A stretch of DNA of 62,967 bases, filler included, from Klebsormidium nitens (Eukaryota > Plantae > Klebsormidiophyceae), in NCBI GenBank assembly GCA_000708835.1. It is 4 parts of 4 records of this genome, joined end to end, with 100 filler letters (N's around TTAATTAATTAA, not from the genome) between each part and the next. Parts side by side here need not be neighbours in the genome. Positions count along the whole stretch, not along the records: positions 57,115 to 62,967 come from DF238255.1; 3 more parts are not named here. One strand, written 5' to 3'. A model generated the notes under the pieces. It saw only the letters and a list, made by a program, of their open reading frames with translations, was not told the DNA's origin and ran no database searches. Positions 58,471 to 62,967 of this stretch are shown here, one piece after another. Position 1 is the stretch's first letter; each line of letters opens with the position of its first letter. The position numbers and the translations under genes are program-made.

Positions 58471-60262
58471 CTTCCAGCCGCAGCCTAAGCAGCCTCAGGA
58501 TATTGCGGGCGGCGTTCACGTCTCGGTTCACCGTCATGCCATTACAGCCACTGTTTCTGCAGTGGAGCACACTGTGAACTTTGACGGTCTTCACCGCCCC
58601 ATCCTTGCACCGCTTCTCCGAGTACTGGTTGCGCAGCTGCATCTTGCAATCGAAGTGGAGCTTGCTGGTCCTGAACTCGTCCATCGAGACCACCCTGCAA
58701 TGCTTGCGGAGCTCTCGCTCCAGCCGCTTCACGGGCCCAGAAGGAGACCCCCTGATGATGCCTCCGGAGTCCTTGTTCGACCAGTCTCCGAAGCCCACAA
58801 CCGTCTTGCAACCCACTCGCCTTGTTATGGCTTTGCAGAGCGCATACAGCTTCTTCTGCGCCGAGATGTACCGCTTGAACTTGAGCCCTCTGAATCCCTG
58901 CCTCATGTGGTAGACGAGCAACATGTCCAGCCTGGGCAGAATGAAGTGCAGGTAAGCGAGGAACTTGGTGCTCTCCGAGGTCTTCTTGGTGGGCATATTG
59001 CGGATAGCCTCGAGCACCTCCGGGCTCTTATCGTACCACCGCTTGATCTTGGCGTTGCTGTGCTTGTACTTGGCGTCGCCATAAAACTCTCGGGTAGAGC
59101 ACTTCAGCTTCTCTCCTTCCTCATTGACCATGACAAAGAGGTCTCGCCTGCCAGGGTCTAGGCCCCACAGCTCCTCTTCTCCCGTGAGGTCAGGGAGCGT
59201 TGCTTCGCCTGAGGCTTGCTTGGGCTTGGGTTTCCTCAACACGATGCACACGGCCTTTCCGTCCGTGAGGATCTCACCTGCAAACTTGCGGTTGCATGTC
59301 TCAAACTTAGCAATGTCGAAGAGGTCCCTCCAGTAGTCGTCTGCCACCTTCCTGAACTGAGCTCCCGAGGCCGGAAGCTCAACCCCTCCCCTCTTGAGCA
59401 GCCCATACAGTCCGTTAGTGCACATCTTGAGGTGATTGCACTCGAAGCCCCTCTTCGTAGGCAGCAGGCTGAAGAGCCTCAGCTGCTTGCCATTCTTCAG
59501 CTCCTCTTCCGTCAGGGGGTGATGAGACTCCATGTAGCGCAGGAACATGTATTGCATCGGCATGAGTATGTGAGGGGAGGAGTCCGCCCTGCCAGTGGTG
59601 GCTTTGGGAAGCATGGCTCGATACCTCAATACTAGTTGGTCGTCGCCTTCATACTCATCGGCGAACATGCCTCTCATCTTTGCGTAGCACGAAGGGCCGT
59701 CTAGTGAGTACTTGTGCTTCAGGTAGCGCTTGAAGCGCTTGTAGAAGTTTGTGGCGATTGAATTCTTGGTGCATGTAGCCATCTGAAGACTGGCGTTCTG
59801 ATACCAGCCGGAAGAGAGATGCTCGGAATCTGGAGGCACGTAGTTAGCAGGGCGTGATGCCAGGTAGAGCTCTACGGTCTCCCTGAGGTAGAGGTCTTTG
59901 ACGGAGCTCTTCTGCCTGCCAGCCACGCTGACGGCGGAGAGGCAGTTGTAGAAGAAGGGCTGATCCAGAGGTGGCACCTCACGGCCCAACTCACACATCC
60001 GTAGTACATGAAGGTTAGCAAGGATGTAGGCTTCACAGATAGCCTTATTCACTTCCTTGAGCACGCTCTCCAGAGGGAGGGCCCTGGCAGCCTCCTTGTA
60101 GAAGCTGTTCAGGCTGGTCATGACCACGGTGCATTCGGTCTCTTTGTTCCTCAGGGCCCGGAGCTTGACGTCCTCTCGGGTCCTAGGCTCTTTGAAGAGC
60201 TTGCTCACGTAGGCCAGGCATTCATGGTGGAGAGCGACGTCGGGGGGCTTCTTTGGTGGCAT
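58427..60262 (-). CDS. Fanzor (Fanzor1-like) TnpB-derived RuvC endonuclease, intronless, 611 aa from ATG 60262
   Basis: RuvC-I WGLDPGRRDL, VGFGDWS, shifted RuvC-II VSMDEFRTSK, Zn-finger HFDC...CRNSGC and RuvC-III NRDVNAARNI. The N-terminus MPPKKP is NLS-like. No internal stops. Confidence 0.92.
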   Translation of the reverse strand: MPPKKPPDVALHHECLAYVSKLFKEPRTREDVKLRALRNKETECTVVMTSLNSFYKEAARALPLESVLKEVNKAICEAYILANLHVLRMCELGREVPPLDQPFFYNCLSAVSVAGRQKSSVKDLYLRETVELYLASRPANYVPPDSEHLSSGWYQNASLQMATCTKNSIATNFYKRFKRYLKHKYSLDGPSCYAKMRGMFADEYEGDDQLVLRYRAMLPKATTGRADSSPHILMPMQYMFLRYMESHHPLTEEELKNGKQLRLFSLLPTKRGFECNHLKMCTNGLYGLLKRGGVELPASGAQFRKVADDYWRDLFDIAKFETCNRKFAGEILTDGKAVCIVLRKPKPKQASGEATLPDLTGEEELWGLDPGRRDLFVMVNEEGEKLKCSTREFYGDAKYKHSNAKIKRWYDKSPEVLEAIRNMPTKKTSESTKFLAYLHFILPRLDMLLVYHMRQGFRGLKFKRYISAQKKLYALCKAITRRVGCKTVVGFGDWSNKDSGGIIRGSPSGPVKRLERELRKHCRVVSMDEFRTSKLHFDCKMQLRNQYSEKRCKDGAVKTVKVHSVLHCRNSGCNGMTVNRDVNAARNILRLLRLRLEGRARPVEFCRSATI

Positions 60263-60509
60263 TAGACCACCCCTATGCGTCTCCTTAGGAAAATAGATCT
60301 CGGGAATTTTACGCACGGCCCAGGTTATGTATACGAGCCTAGCGCTTATAATGTAGGACTCTCGTACACATCAACGAAACAGGTGATTATATGCAACAAT
60401 CGTTTTCCATTTGCGTCCAACCGGGCGGTTTCGCGCGACACTTTCGACGAAAACGGTAATAAATCGATCCATGCGCCCGAAGTCGAACTTTCGGACGGTA
60501 TGCTCGCAG

Positions 60510-60705
60510 TTTTTTCACGCCCGAAACCGACCTCCCGAGAAATTTCTTTCGGGCGCCACCTCTCGCGGAAATATACTCGGAGGGTTTTCACGCCCGAAAC
60601 CGACCGCCCGAGAAATTTCTTTCGGGTGCCACCTTTCGCAAAAATATGCCCGCAGTTTTTCGGCGCCCGAAACCGACCGCCCGAGAAGTTTCTTTCGGGC
60701 GCCTT
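60510..60705. repeat. 73-bp tandem repeat x3, each with a 9-bp inverted pair
   Basis: CGCCCGAAACCGAC..CCCGAGAA(A/G)TTTCTTTCGGG(C/T)GCC starts at 60518, 60591 and 60664. CGCCCGAAA / TTTCGGGCG pair within each unit. Degenerate copies lie near 60474 and 60743. Confidence 0.9.
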
Positions 60706-60773
60706 TCAAGCAGTATGCTTCGCGGTATGCCTCAAGCGAAAGCCAGAGAAGTACTTTTCGGACGGAGATCGCT

Positions 60774-60787
60774 CTATAAAAAGAGGT
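60774..60787 (+). promoter_or_regulatory. Candidate TATA box
   Basis: CTATAAAAAGAGGT lies just after the 73-bp repeats and before a pyrimidine-rich tract. The identical 14-mer is on the minus strand at 40333-40346. Confidence 0.45.
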
Positions 60788-61576
60788 CCCTCTCGTTCTC
60801 ATTCTCAAAAACGCACTTGGCCTCCCCCTTCCCAACAGCTCGCAAGCAACTCCCTCGCACACAGCATCCTTCTGCCTATCTGCCTTTTCAGCAGCGGCAC
60901 AGCTTAGCCGCTTCCCTCTTTTCCCAACAGCACCCTATTCTCCCACAGCTCGCTTCCCTTCCGTCCACTCACCAGCCAGCAGCACCTCATACTCGCATAG
61001 CTCGCTTCCTCCAACACCAGCAGCAACGAGGCCAAGTCGCGTCAGATAGTCACGCCGGCCGGCCTTTTGCCTTGTCCTTGTTTTCCTTTTTGCTGGTCTG
61101 CGCAGACCTCTCTTTTCTTCTCCGTGTCTCTGCAAGCCTGGCCAGGCTGTCGTGTCATGCTGCTCTTCGGCAGCTTTTTTTCTTGCCGTGTCTTAGCTGG
61201 GCTCCCGCTTCTTTGCGGCTCCCCTCCACTGTTTCTGTCTTTCGCTGGCCTCTCGGGCCTTGTAGCTGCCTCGTGCAGTTCCCTTCCGAGAAGTATCAAG
61301 GTGAGTATTAGTGAAGTAGGATAAATTGAAGTTACTCTATGATCGGCTTCTCGTTTGCTTTGCAAAATATTTGCATAGAAATGTTCCCTCTGTTGCTCTC
61401 CAATCTCGTTGTTTGCAGAACCCTCGCATCGACTACCTCCTGAGGCTCCGCTCGCATCCGTTAGCTGGCCTCTCGGCCCTTGCAGCTGCCTTGTGCCGCT
61501 CCACTCCTACCAATCAGATAAGTTCCCTCTCTTGCTCTCCAAACTTCTGATGTTTGCAGCATCCTGCCTCCTTGAG

Positions 61577-61780
61577 GCTCCGCTCGCACCCGTCGGGCAG
61601 GGTGCCGATAAGAGCGAGCATTTGTGGCTCTGTGGGTAGTGCCGTTTGTCCACGGTACGCATACCACTCTGCCTGTAGGCTCCGCTCGCACCCGTCGGGC
61701 AGGGTGCCCATAAGAGCGAGCACTTGTGGCTCTGTGGGTAGTGCCGTTTGTCCACGGTACGCATACCACTCTGCCTTTTC
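61577..61780 (+). repeat. 102-bp tandem duplication
   Basis: GCTCCGCTCGCACCCGTCGGGCAGGGTGCC...CATACCACTCTGCC starts at 61577 and 61679. Confidence 0.9.
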
Positions 61781-62344
61781 ACTCCGTCTGACGATGTTGA
61801 AAAGCTGTCCGAGCTACTGGTCACTTTTATCTCCACTCGCAGGTCCGAGTCATCGAGCCTTTTGACGAGCGGACGCGACTGGAGATCACTACCATGTGCC
61901 TCGTCTACGATCAGGGGCTCGACACGCCGTCTATGGTCCAGGTTTGAATCAAACAGAGGCAAGTCTCGACTGACTCTTCGAATGCCTTCGCTGCTGAGTC
62001 ATATGCACAGGGCGTTTCGTTCCTTCGTAGCAGCAATGACTTGTGGTCAGAAAATTCCCCTGCCGCCTTTGTCACAAGAGTAACATGTTTCTTTTTCTTC
62101 TTACAGGATAAAATTCGCCGCATGGAGGAGTCTTCGTTTGTGACTCTGAGTCCTTTTTCTGGGCGTGTGCAATGGATTTTTCTACGTGACGTGATTCTGG
62201 GTTCTTTTCTGGGCATGTGGAATGATTTTTTGTGTGACTTTTCTTCGACTCTTTGGCTGTCTGTCTGTCTTTCTGTCTCTGTCGAGTCGGTCGGTCGGTC
62301 GGTCCGTCGAGTCCAGTCCTGTCCAGTCCTGTCCAGTCGGTCAG

Positions 62345-62655
62345 TCCCACCAACTATACACACCCTACACTAGACACCCTACACTATACACACCCCTCAC
62401 CCTCTTACCCACTCCAAATACCCTACTGCCTTACCCTTCCCTCCCACACACCCTACTTCTTAACCCTTTCCTCCTACATACCCTACTACCCTTACCTATC
62501 CCTCACACCCTAATACTACCCTTACCTATCCCTCACACCCTAATACTACCCTTACCTATCCCTCACACCCTATACTACCCTTACGTATCCCTCGCACCCC
62601 ACTGCCTAATTACCTCCCTCACACCACCCTATACTACCCTTACCTATCCCTCAAA
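62345..62655. repeat. Nearly G-free C/A/T minisatellite including a 30-bp unit x3
   Basis: CTTACCTATCCCTCACACCCTAATACTACC starts at 62491, 62521 and 62551 (last copy diverged), embedded in related CCCTA-type repeats. Confidence 0.9.
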
Positions 62656-62669
62656 CACACCCGCAGTAG

Positions 62670-62722
62670 AACCACAGATGGCTGCTGCGACCCGCAGCTG
62701 GGGTTCGATTCCCCATGTGGTT
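62670..62722 (+). other. tRNA-like fold lacking a D-arm
   Basis: 7-bp AACCACA/TGTGGTT stem, 6-bp hairpin GCTGCG/CGCAGC, and a perfect T-arm TGGGG-TTCGATT-CCCCA directly abutting the 3' acceptor strand. Confidence 0.4.
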
Positions 62723-62967
62723 GGACGATGTGGCACATCGAAATATTGCCGGTTGAGATTACTGGTTGTGAGTAGGTTTCCTAGTATACTTTCTTCTCTA
62801 GATCATGAAGACTACAACCAGCAACCGGCAAGGTTGGGGAACTTAAGGGAGTTCCGAGATCGATCTGTACAATCTGAGATAGATCAGATCGATCACCCCT
62901 TTTCTTAGGGCCTCTGAAAAATGGTCCGGTTGCCGGTTGCTGGATGGTGACGTGGCACCTCGAAAAG

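Larger units (their letters stand above)
58266..60287 (-). mobile_element. Non-autonomous Fanzor element (~2.0 kb) with short inverted ends and putative TA duplication
   Basis: CTAAGGA (58265-71) and TCCTTAG (60282-88) are a perfect 7-bp inverted pair bracketing the ORF plus the structured 3' region. TA is present at both junctions. No transposase lies inside. Confidence 0.55.

Noticed and set aside
58400-59161. 253-aa plus-strand ORF overlapping Fanzor
   Set aside because: Antisense shadow of the high-GC3 Fanzor ORF; no motifs.
60275-60316. GTG start at 60316 for Fanzor (629 aa in the ORF track)
   Set aside because: Eukaryotic context favours ATG 60262 (MPPKK). The GTG also lies outside the inferred element end at 60285-87.

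Overview
Eukaryotic scaffold with GT-AG spliceosomal introns and three 100-nt N gaps carrying a TTAATTAATTAA linker. Gene content and style suggest a streptophyte alga such as Klebsormidium (inference). 1-16 kb holds host genes: a Raf-like (TKL) kinase, an SF2/ASF-type SR splicing factor and N-carbamoylputrescine amidase. 17.7-23.8 kb is a recently broken Helentron (Helitron2) with an unusual 2xAP2 - Zn - HUH Rep - PIF1 - APE endonuclease architecture. 25-47 kb contains a long disordered protein, an orphan PRP8 fragment, a damaged ALMT gene, MITEs and a DUF900 hydrolase. 47.5-63 kb is a virus/mobile-element-like island: a frameshifted primase-polymerase, 9-bp-periodic repeat clusters and duplicated units, an intronless ThyX, and an intact intronless Fanzor (eukaryotic TnpB-derived RNA-guided nuclease). 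The Fanzor is followed by a densely structured, probably pseudoknotted omegaRNA-like region inside a ~2.0 kb TA-flanked element. The Fanzor/omegaRNA locus is the top candidate system. All calls are by-eye motif recognition; no searches were run.
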